A stretch of DNA of 64,000 nucleotides from Eledone cirrhosa. Lineage: Eukaryota. The stretch spans positions 103,044,001 through 103,108,000 of the forward strand of contig OZ024743.1 in NCBI GenBank assembly GCA_964016885.1, in the 5' to 3' direction. Position 1 is the first letter of the stretch. The number at the start of each line of letters is the position of its first letter. Shown in pieces: positions 1 to 12,155 of this stretch. Under the pieces are notes generated by a model that did not search any database, had not been told where the DNA came from, and saw only the letters and a program-made list of their open reading frames with translations. Made by a program: the position numbers and the translations under genes.

Positions 1-130
1 ATATTTGATTTGGTGATGGCCCTCGGTTTTTTATTCTTTACAATTGGCCCCATTCCACATAAATTGAAGCTGAACTCCATCTATTTGGGAATATCTGTAA
101 AGTCTAATGGTACTGGCAGCCCTTCCTTAA

Positions 131-358
131 CCCTCTAGTTATCATATATTTAGTGAAAGACACTGTCTATGTCATTAAACCTTTTGAAAGGATTTAGTAA
201 TAATATAACTAATTTCCTTGTTATTATGCTGCTGTTTAAAACATAATTTAACAAAGATTCTTACTTAAAATTATGATGGAAGGTTTTTTGATAAATGTAA
301 ACACTTTAAAATAAACAGCTTTTTATCATAGAACCAGGAGCATTTGGTATGAAAAGGG
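131..358. mobile_element. piggyBac-type MITE (degenerate)
   Basis: Bounded by TTAA (127-130) CCCT... and ...AAAAGGG TTAA (359-362); non-coding interior. Confidence 0.5.
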
Positions 359-413
359 TTAATTTATTTGTAACCAATCCATATTTAAAAGTTGGTTTCA
401 TGTATTTTTCTAG

Positions 414-539
414 ACAAGATGATGCCTCTGCAATACATCTGCCGAAGGAATATTCGTAAACTGCTGGGGCGTACACTTTTGTCAGCAGTTCCATTTCTTG
501 GTTTACCAAAATGCTTACAGAATTATTTACTTTATGCAG
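414..539 (+). CDS. Internal exon encoding a SOCS box (host SOCS-box protein; rest of gene upstream of window)
   Basis: Acceptor tgtatttttctAG at 413 and donor G|GTAAGT at 540; 126-bp phase-1/phase-1 exon. Peptide (D)KMMPLQYICRRNIRKLLGRTLLSAVPFLGLPKCLQNYLLYA fits the SOCS-box pattern xLQxxCRxxIR...LPxxLxxYL. Confidence 0.8.
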
Positions 540-1019
540 GTAAGTTAATCTTTTACGTACACATGCACACATACCCTTTCAACCACATGTATACAAACAT
601 GAAAACAGTACTTGATACATATACTAGAGTTTGTTTATTCACAAACCTCAGAATAATGATAGAGTGTTTTATCAGCTTCAAATGAAATATCATCATCATC
701 ATTTAACGTCCACTTTCCATGCAAGCATGGGTTAGACAAATATATATATATATATATATTGTCTATCCCAAGCAACTGTTTTGGCATCAGGCAGGGCATC
801 GAGCTGTGAGACATTGTCTCTAATCATTGTGTCTAACGCCTGCCAGAATGGAAAAGTGGACATAAAAAGGATAGTGATGTGACGATATATATATGCAAAC
901 TATGGGTATACAAATGATGTAGTGGAATCTCAGGTAGGTTAGCTAAGAATTTAGGTTTTACATGTGGCTGTTGCACAGGAGCTGTAAATAGAAAATGCTT
1001 ACAGGAGACAAGCTCTATC

Positions 1020-2640
1020 TAATTCTTGGATGGTTTGGCAGAAGCAGTAGACAACTTCTACTACCTGTGTGACCAAATAAGCAGTGTAGGTGGGTGTTCT
1101 GAAAGTACAGTAACCAGAGTGAGAATAGGATGGAAAAAGTTCAGGGAGCTACTACCACTATTAAAGGTTTTCCCTCAAAATGAAGGGCACATTTTATGTC
1201 TGTAATCGAACAGCGATGTTGCATGGTAGCGAGGCTTTGGAAAGAAATGAAGCTGGCATACTTCAACGGATGTGTAATACATGAATCGCAAAGCATAAAT
1301 GAACAGATAGAGAAACTAGGGAGATCAGATGCAGTGTTCAGAAGAGGAGATTGCATTGGTATGGACATGTGATGTGTATGAAGGATGACAGCTGTTTCAA
1401 ATGGGGCAGATCGCTCAAAGTTGATTTAACCCTTTAGCATTCACATTATTCTATATATACTATTATATTTTTATGGTAAAGGCTTTACCTCGCATAATTA
1501 TCTCACATAATATGGAATCTATGAGATTTTGAAAGTATTTATTTTGAGAACAATACCTTAAATCAATATGAGTGGCCAGTTACAGCCAGTTTCAACAGAA
1601 AGAGGTAGAGAATTCTGGCCAGTTTTGGCCGGTTTGAACATTAAAGGCTTAAGCTATGGAGTAGGAAAACCTAGAAAGACTTGGGATGAAGTGATAAAGG
1701 CTAACCTTGCACAATTGCACCTCTCAAAGGCAATGACACAAGCCCCGCCTACCCTCATGCATGGGTTGAAGCATGCATCTAGTATGCACCTTCATCCTAA
1801 CACATCATTAGATTTACCTCACTGTGCTAGCATGGGAAAATGGACGTTAAATAGTGATGATGATACTTTATTTTATATAACCATACTTTATACATATACC
1901 ATGGATTTTTGTTAAATCACTAAGCTAATGGACCAAGTTATGAAAGTAACAGAAAGAGTTATAGCACAACTAATTAGGGAAAGAGTCAAATTAGAGGAGA
2001 TGAGGTTTGGTTTCACACCTGAGAAATGTACTACAGATGCCCGCTTTTTAGTGAGGCAACTACAAGGGAAGTTCCTAGCCAAAAATAAGCCACTATATTT
2101 AGCTTTCCTTGATTTAGAAAAGGTCTTTAACTGAGTACCTCGATCTATTATCTGGTGATCCTTAAGTAAATTAGGTGTAGAAGAATGGCTTGTGAGAGCA
2201 CTGCAAGCCATATACAGAGGAGCTGTCAGTAAAGTGAGAGTAGGACGTGAGTTTAGTGAGGAATTCAAGGTACAGGAATTCAAGCTGTGTGCAGAAGACT
2301 TGCGAAGATTGGAAAGAAATGAAGTTTGCATGCTTTGATGGATTTGTAACAGTAATATACGTGAACGGCAAAGCATAAACGAACTGAAAGAAAACTAGGC
2401 ATAAAAGGAATCAACTGCAGTGTGCAGGAGAGGAGACTATGTTGGTATGGACATGTGATGTGTATGAAGGATGAGAGCAGTATAAAAACGTGCAGAGTGC
2501 TGAAAGTTGATGGAAGCCATGGAGTGGGAAGACTTTGGATGAAGTGATAAAAGCTGACCTTGCCCAACTGCACCTTAAATGCAATGACACCGGACCAAGA
2601 TCTCTGGCATTATGTTGTAATACAGAAGACCTTCCTTCCC
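1020..2640 (+). mobile_element. Two decayed RTE-clade LINE fragments (RT and C-terminal region)
   Basis: Frameshifted matches to the RTE copies at 12156 and 26258, e.g. DQVMKVTERVIAQLIRERV, KNKPLYLAFLDLEK, GVGKPRKTWDEVIK. Confidence 0.8.
1430..1648. mobile_element. piggyBac-type MITE inserted in an RTE fragment
   Basis: TTAA-CCCTTTAGCATT ... AACATTAAAGGC-TTAA; same family as 23865-24082 in the opposite orientation. Confidence 0.7.
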
Positions 2641-2974
2641 ATGAGCACAGGCTGAAGCATAAATATAGTATACACGACCTTCATGTCCACCCACCCCACC
2701 TCACTCTTCCATACACTGCCCATGAGCACAGGCTGAAGCATACATCTAGTGTGCTCCACCCCACCGCCTTCCATCTTAACACTCAGCCTCTCATACATGC
2801 TCAAATACCCACCTCTCCTTGTTCATATGATCTGTTTCTGGCTTGGTTTCTATATCTGGATACTCTCCTAATGTCCACCACCTGACAGAGTGCTTGATAT
2901 ACATGTGCATGTTTGTATTTATATATATATATATATATATGGGTTTGTGTGTGTGTTTTATATATATATATATG

Positions 2975-3065
2975 CAGGGTGTCCCAAAACAATTTATACA
3001 CTATTCTAAGAAATATTACCTGTACAGGTAATCAAAATGTGTATATATTTTGGGGGGACACCCTG
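2975..3065. mobile_element. Tc1/mariner-type MITE
   Basis: Terminal inverted repeats CAGGGTGTCCCAAAA ... TTTTGGGGGGACACCCTG in a TA context. Confidence 0.65.
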
Positions 3066-3102
3066 TATATATTTGTATATGTATGTACACACATATACAT
3101 GT

Positions 3103-3362
3103 ATCATCATCATCATCATCTTCGTCTAACGTCCATTTTCCACGCTAGCATGGGTTAGACGGGAGTTGTCCCACTTGAGGCAAGGTTGGTCGGGTGACCG
3201 TGTCTCGCTCATATAGGACTATCTGGCAGCTTTTCTACGGCTGGATGGCCTTCCTAACACCAACCACATTTGCAGTGTGGAACTGGGAACTTTTTACCGT
3301 GTTACCTACATGGCCACATTACAGCATGGACTGTGTTTTTTTTCTCGTGACACCTACACGAT
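3103..3362 (-). mobile_element. RTE LINE 3'-UTR-only fragment
   Basis: Matches the 3' UTR and (GAT)n tail of the RTE copies at 9716-10915 and 10936-12155. Confidence 0.75.
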
Positions 3363-3446
3363 CTCGATCTCGATCTCATGTATCTCATGTATATGTATGT
3401 ATATATATGCACACATATATGTATGTATATATATACACATATATGT

Positions 3447-3886
3447 GAAGGCGCATGGCTTAGTGGTTAGAGCATTGGGCTTGCAATCAAAAGTTTGTGA
3501 GTTCAATTCTCGGAATGGGTGATGTGTTGTTTCCTTGAGCAAGACACTTTATTTCACATTGCTCCACTTTACTCAGCTGTAGAAATGCGACGATAGTACT
3601 GGAGTCCCTATCATTCCACTGCAAAGTGGTCGTGGAGGTGCCATGGCAAAAAAGCACCCAGCCCACACTGTAAAGTGGACGTGCAGGTGCCACGGAAAAA
3701 AAAGCACCCAGCACTCACTGTAAATGAGGTTGGTGTCAGGAAGGGCATCCAGCTGTAGAAATCAAGCCAGAATCAGTTCCCATATGAGCAAGTCAAGGTC
3801 AGCCAACCGGACACTGCTCACAACAGGACAACCCGTCTAACCCATGCTAGCCTGGAAGAACGGACGTAAAACGGTGACGATGATGA
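3447..3886 (+). mobile_element. tRNA-derived SINE with CORE-like centre and RTE-derived 3' tail
   Basis: A box TGGCTTAGTGG, B box GAGTTCAATTC, central CCTTGAGCAAGACACTT; the 3' part is nearly identical to the RTE 3' UTR at about 27810-28074 and ends in GATGATGA. Confidence 0.8.
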
Positions 3887-4854
3887 GTATATATATAAAT
3901 ACATATGTATATGTATATATACACACACACACATATATGTGTGTGTGTGTGTGTGTATAAGATCACAGTTGTCATGTAATTTTTTTTTTTCCATTTTTTG
4001 TGATAATTGAAAATTATTTTTTATTGATTATCTTTAATTGACAGTACAGTTGTCAGTATGGGAGTGGAGAGGGTGTGGTGAAAAATGTTATGGTTGATTT
4101 CACTTTTTGGAGCTCATTTGAATGCATGTATGATTTTTTTGTGGTGGGAACAAGGATCCTCTTAATTAGGCACTTTTTTTTAAAATTACTATTCTATATT
4201 TGCTATTCATGTCTATCAAGCAACTGATCTCTCCAATTAATATTTACAGAGTTGTTTAATAGCTTTACTAATAATTAATTGACTCCATGTAGGGATTCCA
4301 TGATTTAATTGGAAGCATTTGCCAAATGTTAAAGATAGGTATGACATTTCAAATGTTTTATTTATAAGTTTTATGTATATATATATATATATATGTCGGT
4401 GGTGATGCTGATGATGATATATATTTATATACATATCTATTATATAAAATACATGGCAAATTGGCGTTTACCATATGTGTAAGTGCATATATGTATATAA
4501 TAGATATGTGTGTATGATGTATATATGTGTATATAGGAGACATGGTAAAAAGGCTCCCAGTCCACACTGTAAATGTGGTTGGGGTTAGGAAGAGCATCCA
4601 GCCGTAGAAAACCTGCCAGACATTTCTGTACAGCAATTAATTCATGTCTAAAAATCGCTACCGTCAATAGCTAACTGGCTTTGTGACATTTGATTTTAGA
4701 TACACAAAACAATAATAATGATATATTGTGAAAAGTGCTCAGGTGCACTACAACTCGTCAAAGGTGCATGTATAGTACATAGAATAATACACAAATGTCA
4801 GGGAAGTCAATAGTGTATGAGTCATGATATACATGTGTGTATGGAGGGAGAACA

Positions 4855-7616
4855 TTAAGTGTAGTGCTGGCGAATCTCGGGAAGCATGGAAGCCTTAAAG
4901 GATGCAGTGTCTTGACAGCTAACAACTGATGCAGGTAGTTTGTTCCATGCTTCAGCAACTCTGAGCGTGAAAAAATGTTTCCAAAAGTCATGGGAACTGT
5001 ACTGTTTTCTGACTTTGTGGGCATGCCCACGTGTGTTAGACACATGGAAATCAAAAAGGTACTCAGGGTTGTTGTTGGCAAGATGGTTAACTATTTTGTG
5101 GGTGTTTACCAAGTCAGTTGCCAGGCGTCAGAGCTTCAATGTATCCATGCCCAGGGAAGCAAGGCGCTCAGAGTATGGTAGATGCCTGATGGAGGGTATT
5201 CGCTTGGTTACACGTCTCTGAACAGTTTCCAGGCGGTCAATGTTCTGAGCAAGATAGGGGTTCCAGACTGGTGATGCAAATTCTAAGTGTGGCCGCACCA
5301 TAGCTGTATACAGCCTTAAATAGATATCTGGAGAGCGGCTGACAAAGGTCTTGCTGAGTGATGCTAAGACACACTCGGCCCTCTTGACAATTTTAGAGAC
5401 GTGCTTCATCCAACGCAAATCGCTGCTGACCGTAATGCCTAGGTCACGTTCACAAGAGGACTTCTTGATATTAGTACTGTGGAGGGAGTATGTGGACGCT
5501 GGGTTTTTACTCCCAAAATGCATGGTGGTGCACTTATCCACAGCTAGCTTGAGTGCCAGTCTGAGATCCATTGTTGCATTGTGTCCAGGTCAGACTGCAA
5601 GCAAGATCTATAGTGTTCAGGATCTGTCCTTTTTATCTCAAGGTACAGCTTGATGTCATCTGCGTACTTTAGTACTGTAGAATTCTTTAAGTTGGCATCT
5701 ATGTCATTAATATATGCCACAAACAAAAGGGGGCCAAGAACAGATCCCTGTGGTACACCAGATGACATCTCATATGGTGAGGAATGCTGTCCCAGAACCG
5801 TGACTACCTCTCTTCGACTGAGAATGAAGGACTTCAACCAGTTAAAAAGATCATCCTTCACACCCATTGCAGAGAGTTTTGCCATAAGCCTTTTGTGTGG
5901 CACAGAATTGAAAGCTTTCGCAAAGTCAAGGTAAACAACATCCACCCATGAGCTGCCATCAGTGATCCGGGTGATGTCTTCAAGAAACTCGATAAGTTGA
6001 TCACAGCAGCTGGAGTTGGGGATAAATCCAAATTGCGAGGGCCGGATAAGACTGTGAGAGTTCCAGAAGTTCCAAAGTGTTTCTCTGACACAGGATTCCA
6101 TCAGTTTGGCAATGCAACTAATAAGACTGACTGGACGATAGTTCACAGGTGATGTGCGGTCACCCCTTTTGAACAGAGGAATGACACTGATAGTTTTCCA
6201 CTGTTCTGGAATAGCACTGTTGTTCAGACAGAATTGGAAGAAGCGTGATAACTGGTGCAGAAGGAAGTACCCACCACGTTTAAGAAGCAGGTACGTAACA
6301 CCATCAAGACCAGGAGAGGCATGGTTGCGTTTATTTTTTAGGTGACGTCGCAGCATTGCAGGTGTAAATTCCATGGTTGTAATAGAATCCGATGTCAGAG
6401 GTGGTGGAGATGGTACACTCTGGTCTTCAATAGTGAAAATGCCTGCATAGCATTCAGCAATGAGCTCTGCGCATTCCTTGGGGTCATCAGTAACCTGGCT
6501 TGTGTGGGGGTTGTGAAGAGGACCAACTGGAGAGTGAGGCCTCTGCTTTGAGTAAACATACTTCCAGAACACCTTACTGTCAGGGCTGGTTGCTATGCAC
6601 TGCTCAAATTGAAGCACTGCTTTTTTTGTCACCTGTTTGAGGTGGTTGGACGATCTATTTCGCCTCTTCCTATTAATGTCTGATTTGTGAAGTTTGTACT
6701 CACATTCAGCATTGCGCCGTTCTTTTTTGGCAAGACGGACTGCTGCAGTCTCCCAAATTGCACTTTTGGGATGTTTTTTTCCGCTTACGTGGCACCAATG
6801 CTGCACATGCTGTCCATATTGAGCTCAGGATGTTCTGGAGTACAGTGTTGACATCTCCAGAGTCATAGAACTCAAGCCAGTTTGGCCGTTGCAACTCGGT
6901 GCAGTAACAGTTCCAGTCTGCTTTATTCCAGTCAAAGTGAGCAGTTTGGAGATGGTTGTGGTTCTTGTTACTGCCCATGAGGGATAGATTGGTAATGATC
7001 ATAGCATGATCAGAGTCACTTAAAGGTTCCTCAGCAGTAACACTAATGACCGTTTCAGGAGTAGTGGTGAAGAGTAGGTCCAAAGTGTTGTCATCTCTTG
7101 TTGGGGAGGTGACTACTTGGGACCAATTCGAGTCCAGCACTAGCTCAAGGAAGTCATTTTCACTTGGCGGCCAACGAAAGGTTTCCCAGTCAATCTCAGG
7201 GTGATTGAAGTCTCTCACAATGAAAACATAAGTGGCTGTTTTCCTGGCAGCAGCTCTGAGGATATCACAAAGTTGAGTGTCCTGATGGTGATTTGGGGGA
7301 CGGTAAACGACTCCAAGTAGCAGTGTTGACATGGTCATACGTATATCACAGAAAAAACTTCCTGCTGTGATTGGTTAAAATCAACACAAGGAATTGCCGA
7401 CAAATTTGACTGAACGTAGACCATTACACCACCACCACCACAATTAATGCGGTCTTTACGAAACAGGTTGTAGCCAGTTATGCTGAAAACACCATCACAG
7501 AGTAAGGAATGTGCCCAAGTTTCCGTGACTGTAATGAAGTCAGGGTTGATACTTTTGACGTAGGAGTCAAAAAGATGAATCTTACTGCATAGACTACGTG
7601 CATTCAAGGATAACAA
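4855..7616 (-). pseudogene. CR1 ORF2 (endonuclease-reverse transcriptase), broken into five pieces
   Basis: ORFs 7335-7616, 6706-7338, 5544-6806, 5128-5571 and 4855-5112 join into one ORF2 via three frameshifts and one in-frame TGA. Confidence 0.85.
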
Positions 7617-7672
7617 TTTGTACCTTGATTCCAGTATATGATTATGTGCAGGGGATGGCAGGTTGTTCTGAT

Positions 7673-8278
7673 TTAGTTTCCCAGAGTTTTTTCAGTTTCT
7701 TTATTGTCAGTTGTTGTGGGTACAGTGTTTTCAGACCAGCTGGTATCTCTTTTCCATGTTTCACCAGCCTTAACAAACTTCCATATCTGCCCATCATCTC
7801 GTAGGCTGATGCTTTCATGTTCTGCCGAGCTGCGGTTTAAGGAAGCTGCAGCACGCAGCTTTGGGCGGACATCAGGTGGAAAACCAGGGCATGTTCGGAA
7901 AGCAATCCGACTTTCACGCCTAGCTTTATCAGAGGCTTCAAGGTATGAACGTGCCTCAGTTGCGTTTGAAAATGATAATCTAATTAGCCTGGGTTTCGGG
8001 CCTGGTCGGCCAAGGCGTAGAGCACCCTTTGCGGGAGCACAGCCCAAGTCTTTGGATGAACTGGCAGCAAATGCCTGAAGATCAACTATGTCTTCTGGTA
8101 CACCAATGGCAATCACTTCGTGGTTTGCAGATTCAGTGGCATTCTCAATGCGTCTAGGTTCAACATGAGGTACGCGGAGATTTTTTAACAAGGCACTCCG
8201 GTAAGATCCCTCATTGTGAGGTTCTACACGAACGCTTGATTTTATTCCCGCTATTTCTCGGCTTAAAGCGGAAATCAT
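7673..8278 (-). CDS. LINE ORF1-like protein (CR1 element)
   Basis: Lies directly upstream of ORF2; contains IAIGVPE and LRLGRPGPKPRLIRLSF, typical of RRM-type LINE ORF1s. Confidence 0.65.
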   Translation of the reverse strand: MISALSREIAGIKSSVRVEPHNEGSYRSALLKNLRVPHVEPRRIENATESANHEVIAIGVPEDIVDLQAFAASSSKDLGCAPAKGALRLGRPGPKPRLIRLSFSNATEARSYLEASDKARRESRIAFRTCPGFPPDVRPKLRAAASLNRSSAEHESISLRDDGQIWKFVKAGETWKRDTSWSENTVPTTTDNKETEKTLGN

Positions 8279-9230
8279 TTGCCGTATTTCCCAAACTCCG
8301 TATTGACGGTCGATTTTTGTTGTTGTTCTTCTCCTTCAACAGGCATGGTAGGAGAAGACACAGTCATCGGTTGTTGTTGTTGAAAAGTAACGGGGGAGGA
8401 AGACATGTGTTGCTGTTGTTGATGAAGTCCTTCAACGGGGGTAGTAGCAGAAGCTACGGTCGTTGGTTTTTTGCTGTTGTTCAGGAACAATGGTAGAGGA
8501 AGACACGATCTTCAGTTTTTGTTGTTCTTGTTCGGGAACAATGGTAGAGGAAGACACAATCTTCTGTTTTTGTTGTTATTGTTGTTCCGCAGCAATGGTA
8601 GAGGCAGGCATACAGTCCAGGCACCGAAAGGACCAATTTGTTAGCTGGACCATCTCCCAGAGTCTATCCATCATATCAATATGATGTTTCTTGTTTTGGC
8701 CTGGGATCTTCCGGAAGCCTGTGGCGCATTGAAGGCAGACAGAGATGTGACAGGTTCCACATTCGACCCAACGATTACGGAATGAGTTTTCGGGATCCGT
8801 ACAGATATAGCAGATGTGATTTTCTGGGCAATGTTCTATTTTGGAACATCGACCAGATTTGTCGCATAATTCTGGAACATCGACCAGTTTTGTCGCAATG
8901 CAGTCCCTAAGTGAATTACCAAAATACTGATCATGGATTTAGCTTCACAGCGGTCTTATAACAAAAAGCATAAACATCAAAATGAAAAATAATATAAACT
9001 AAGAGGAAATTACATACTTGAGTGGGTGGGGAGATAAGGATACTACAAAAGAGTGGAATATTATTTGGGTCTATATATATATATATATATATACACATAT
9101 ATACATATGTATATATATATATATATACATGGTTCCGTACGAGAGAGACACGGTCTCCCAACCAATCCCGCATCAAATGGAACAAGGTCGTCTAATCCAT
9201 GCTAGCATGGAAGATGGACATTAAATAATG

Positions 9231-9265
<35 letters not shown>

Positions 9266-9269
9266 TATA

Positions 9270-9591
9270 TAATATAAGATCAAAAGATGGTTAAAGGAGT
9301 TCCATATATTTTATTATGCGCATTTCAAAAACAAACATCATCATGCAATAATATTTGTGTTTTCATCAGATAAAACAGGAGAACATGATATGAAGGCTAA
9401 AAAACACTTGTGGATAGTGCAGTTTTAAATCAACATAACTACACTATCCACAAGTGTTTTTTAGCCTTCATATCATGTTCTCCTGTTTTATCTGATGAAA
9501 ACACAAATATTATTGCATGATGATGTTTGTTTTTGAAATGCGCATAATAAAATATATGGAACTCCTTTAACCATCTTTTGATCTTATATTA
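9270..9591. repeat. Perfect 150-bp inverted repeat (foldback element) between (TA)n tracts
   Basis: Arms 9270-9419 and 9442-9591, 22-nt loop, then about 90 bp of unique extension before (TA)n. Confidence 0.95.
9484..9554 (+). ncRNA. Type I minimal hammerhead ribozyme (mirror copy 9307-9377 on -)
   Basis: Stem I TGTTTTAT/ATAAAATA; CTGATGA at 9492; long stem II; GAAA at 9535; short palindromic stem III T-GCGC-A; AUA cleavage triplet ending at 9546. Confidence 0.75.
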
Positions 9592-9678
9592 TGCATACTC
9601 CAGTCCTACAAACTGTAGAGTGCTTCTTATCCGATATCTGCATTGCTTTATTGTACTACAATAAAACTCACCTCCTAC

Positions 9679-9715
<37 letters not shown>

Positions 9716-9716
<1 letters not shown>

Positions 9717-10915
9717 ATCATCATCATCATCATCATCATTTAACGTCCATCTTCCACGCTTGCATGGGTTTGGACGGGAGTTTCCCCACTTGAGGCAAGA
9801 TTTGTTGTCCTGCTTGTATAGGACTGTCTGGCGGGTTTTCTACGGCTGGATGCCCTTCTTAACACCAACCACGTTTACAGTGTGGACTGGGAGGTTTTTA
9901 CCATGTTACCTACACGGCCACATTACAGCGTGGACTGTGTGTGTTTTTGTCATGACACCTACACGTCTGGCGGGTTTTCTACGGCTGGGTGCCCTTCCCA
10001 ACACCAACCACATTTACAGTGTGGACTGGGAGGTTTTTACCGTGTTACCTACATGGCCACATTACAGCGTGGAGTGTGTATTTTTCTTTTGTTGTGACAC
10101 CTACACGACCTCATTTGTTTCGGACTGGATGTTGTGGTACCAACATAACTTCACATTTAAGGAGGTGGTGTGGATGGGATGGGGGTAGTGGGATGGGGGT
10201 GTATTTTGTTAGAGGTGCCTACTGACTGTAGGTCTCGCTTTGTACTTAGGCAAGGCAGGTCTTTTGTATTACTGCGTAGCGCAAAAGATCTCGGTCCAGT
10301 GACATTGTCTTGGAGAGGTGTAAGTGTGTGAGGTCGGAATTTATCAAGTCGTCCCAGGTTTTTCTGGGTCTGCCTGCTCCATGGTTACCATCTATTTTTA
10401 TCGCCCTGCACTTTTTTATACAGCTGTCGTCTTTCATGCGCATCACATGACCGTACCAACGTAGTCTTCTCTCGAGTAAACAACATCTGATCCCTCTTAT
10501 TCCTAATTTCTCCCTTAGTTTGTTTATGCTTTGCCGTTCACATATATTACTATTACACATCCAGTGGAGCATGCAAGCTTTGTTTCTCTCCAGTCTGCGT
10601 ATATCCTCTGCACACAATGCCCAGGTCTCACTGCCATGTAACATTGCTGTTCGTATGCAGGCATCATACAGCCTGCCTTTCGTTTTTAGAGAGAACCCTT
10701 TAGCGGCCAATAGTGGTATAAGCTCTCTGAACTGTTTCCATCCCGTTCTGACTCTAGCTACTGTACTTTCAGAGCACCCTCCCCCACTGCTGATTTTGTC
10801 ACCCAGGTAACGGAAGGTGTCCACTATTTCTATAGAACCATCTGTGCAATGGAATGAGCTAGTATTCTGTGGGCACTTGCTGCTACTTATTGCACCAGAG
10901 CACTGGCCACATATA
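9716..10915 (-). mobile_element. 5'-truncated RTE-clade LINE with duplicated 3'-UTR segment
   Basis: ORF 10246-10824 (FRYLG, LHGSETW, RRLRWYGHVMRM, GRPRKTW); the 3' UTR has a tandem ~140-bp duplication and a (GAT)n tail. Confidence 0.9.
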
Positions 10916-10935
10916 AAATTTATATATATATATAA

Positions 10936-12155
10936 TCATCATCATCATCATCGTTTAACGTCTATCTTCCACGCTAGCATGGGTTTAGACGGGAATTGTC
11001 CCACTTGAGGCAAGATTGGTTGTCTTGCTCGTATAAGACTGTCTGGCAGGTTTTCTACTGCTGTATGCCCTTCCTAACACCAACCACGTTTACAGTGTGG
11101 ACTGGGAGGTTTTTACCATGTTACCTACGTGGCCACATTACAGCGTGGACTGTGTGTTTTTTTGTTATGACACCTACACGACCTCATTTATTTAGGACTG
11201 GATGTTGTGGTACCAAGATAACTTTACAGAGAAAGGGGTGGTGTTGATGGGGGTAGGGTAGGGGTAGTCGGATGGGGGTGTATTTTTGTTTAAGAGGTGC
11301 CCACTGACTGTAGGTTTTGCTTTGTACTTAGGCAAGGCGGGTCTTCTGTATTACTGCGTAGCACAAAAGATCTCGGTCCAGTGACATTGTCTTGGAGAGG
11401 TGTAAGTGTGTAAGGTCAGAATTTATCAAATTCTCCCAGATTTTTCTGGGTCTGCCTACTCCGTAGCTTCCATCAATTTTGATCACCCTGCACTTTTTTA
11501 TACAGCTGTCGTCTTTCATGCGCATCATGTGACCATACCAACATAGTCTTCTCTCGAGTAAACAGCATCTGATCTCTCTTATTCCTAATTTCTCACTTAG
11601 TTCATTTATGCTTTCCCGTTCACGTATATTACTATTACACATCCAACGGAACATGCAAGCTTCGTTCCTCTCCAGTCTGCACAGATCCTCTGCACGCAAT
11701 GCCCATGTGTCACTGCCATGTAACATTGCTGTTCGTATGCAGGCATCATACAGTCTGCCTTTCATTTTTAGAGAGAAACCTTTAGCGGCCAATAGTGGTA
11801 TAAGCTCTCTGAACTTTTACCATCCCATTCTGACTCTGGCTACTGTACTTTCAGAGCACCCTCCACCACTGCTGATTTTGTCACCCAGGTAACAAAAGGT
11901 GTCCACTATTTCTATAGAACCGTCTGGGCAATGAAAGGAGCTAGTATCCTCTGGGCACTTGCTACTTATTGCACCTGAGCACCGCCCACATATAAAATCT
12001 ATGTTCTTAGTTAGCTTACCTGTGATCCCACTACATCTTTTATGCACCCATACTTTGCATTTGGGACATAAAATGGAGTTTCTGCCTACTCCTTTCCTAC
12101 ACACTGAGCATGGCCATTTCCCAGATGCGACCAGTGCCCTATTTTCCTTCCTACA
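10936..12155 (-). mobile_element. 5'-truncated RTE-clade LINE
   Basis: PHD-like CSVC..C..C..WVHKRC..C..C insertion, FCYLG, RRLCWYGH, 3' UTR and (GAT)n tail. Confidence 0.9.

Larger units (their letters stand above)
4705..8990 (-). mobile_element. Near-full-length CR1-clade LINE (ORF1 plus frameshifted APE-RT ORF2)
   Basis: APE motifs LNARSL, VTETW, YRPPN, DFNHP, LDLLFT, SDH; RT motifs SPGLDG, YRPVSL, YLDFAKAF, GVPQGSVLGPLLF, YADD; C-terminal VRPHLEFASPVWNP and RGH. ORF1-like frame at 7673-8278. Confidence 0.9.

Noticed and set aside
3447-3520. tRNA gene
   Set aside because: The tRNA-like head continues into SINE core and tail; no complete cloverleaf.
11959-12155. N-terminus of the 351-aa ORF as a novel fusion protein
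   Set aside because: It is the antisense strand of the neighbouring inverted RTE copy.
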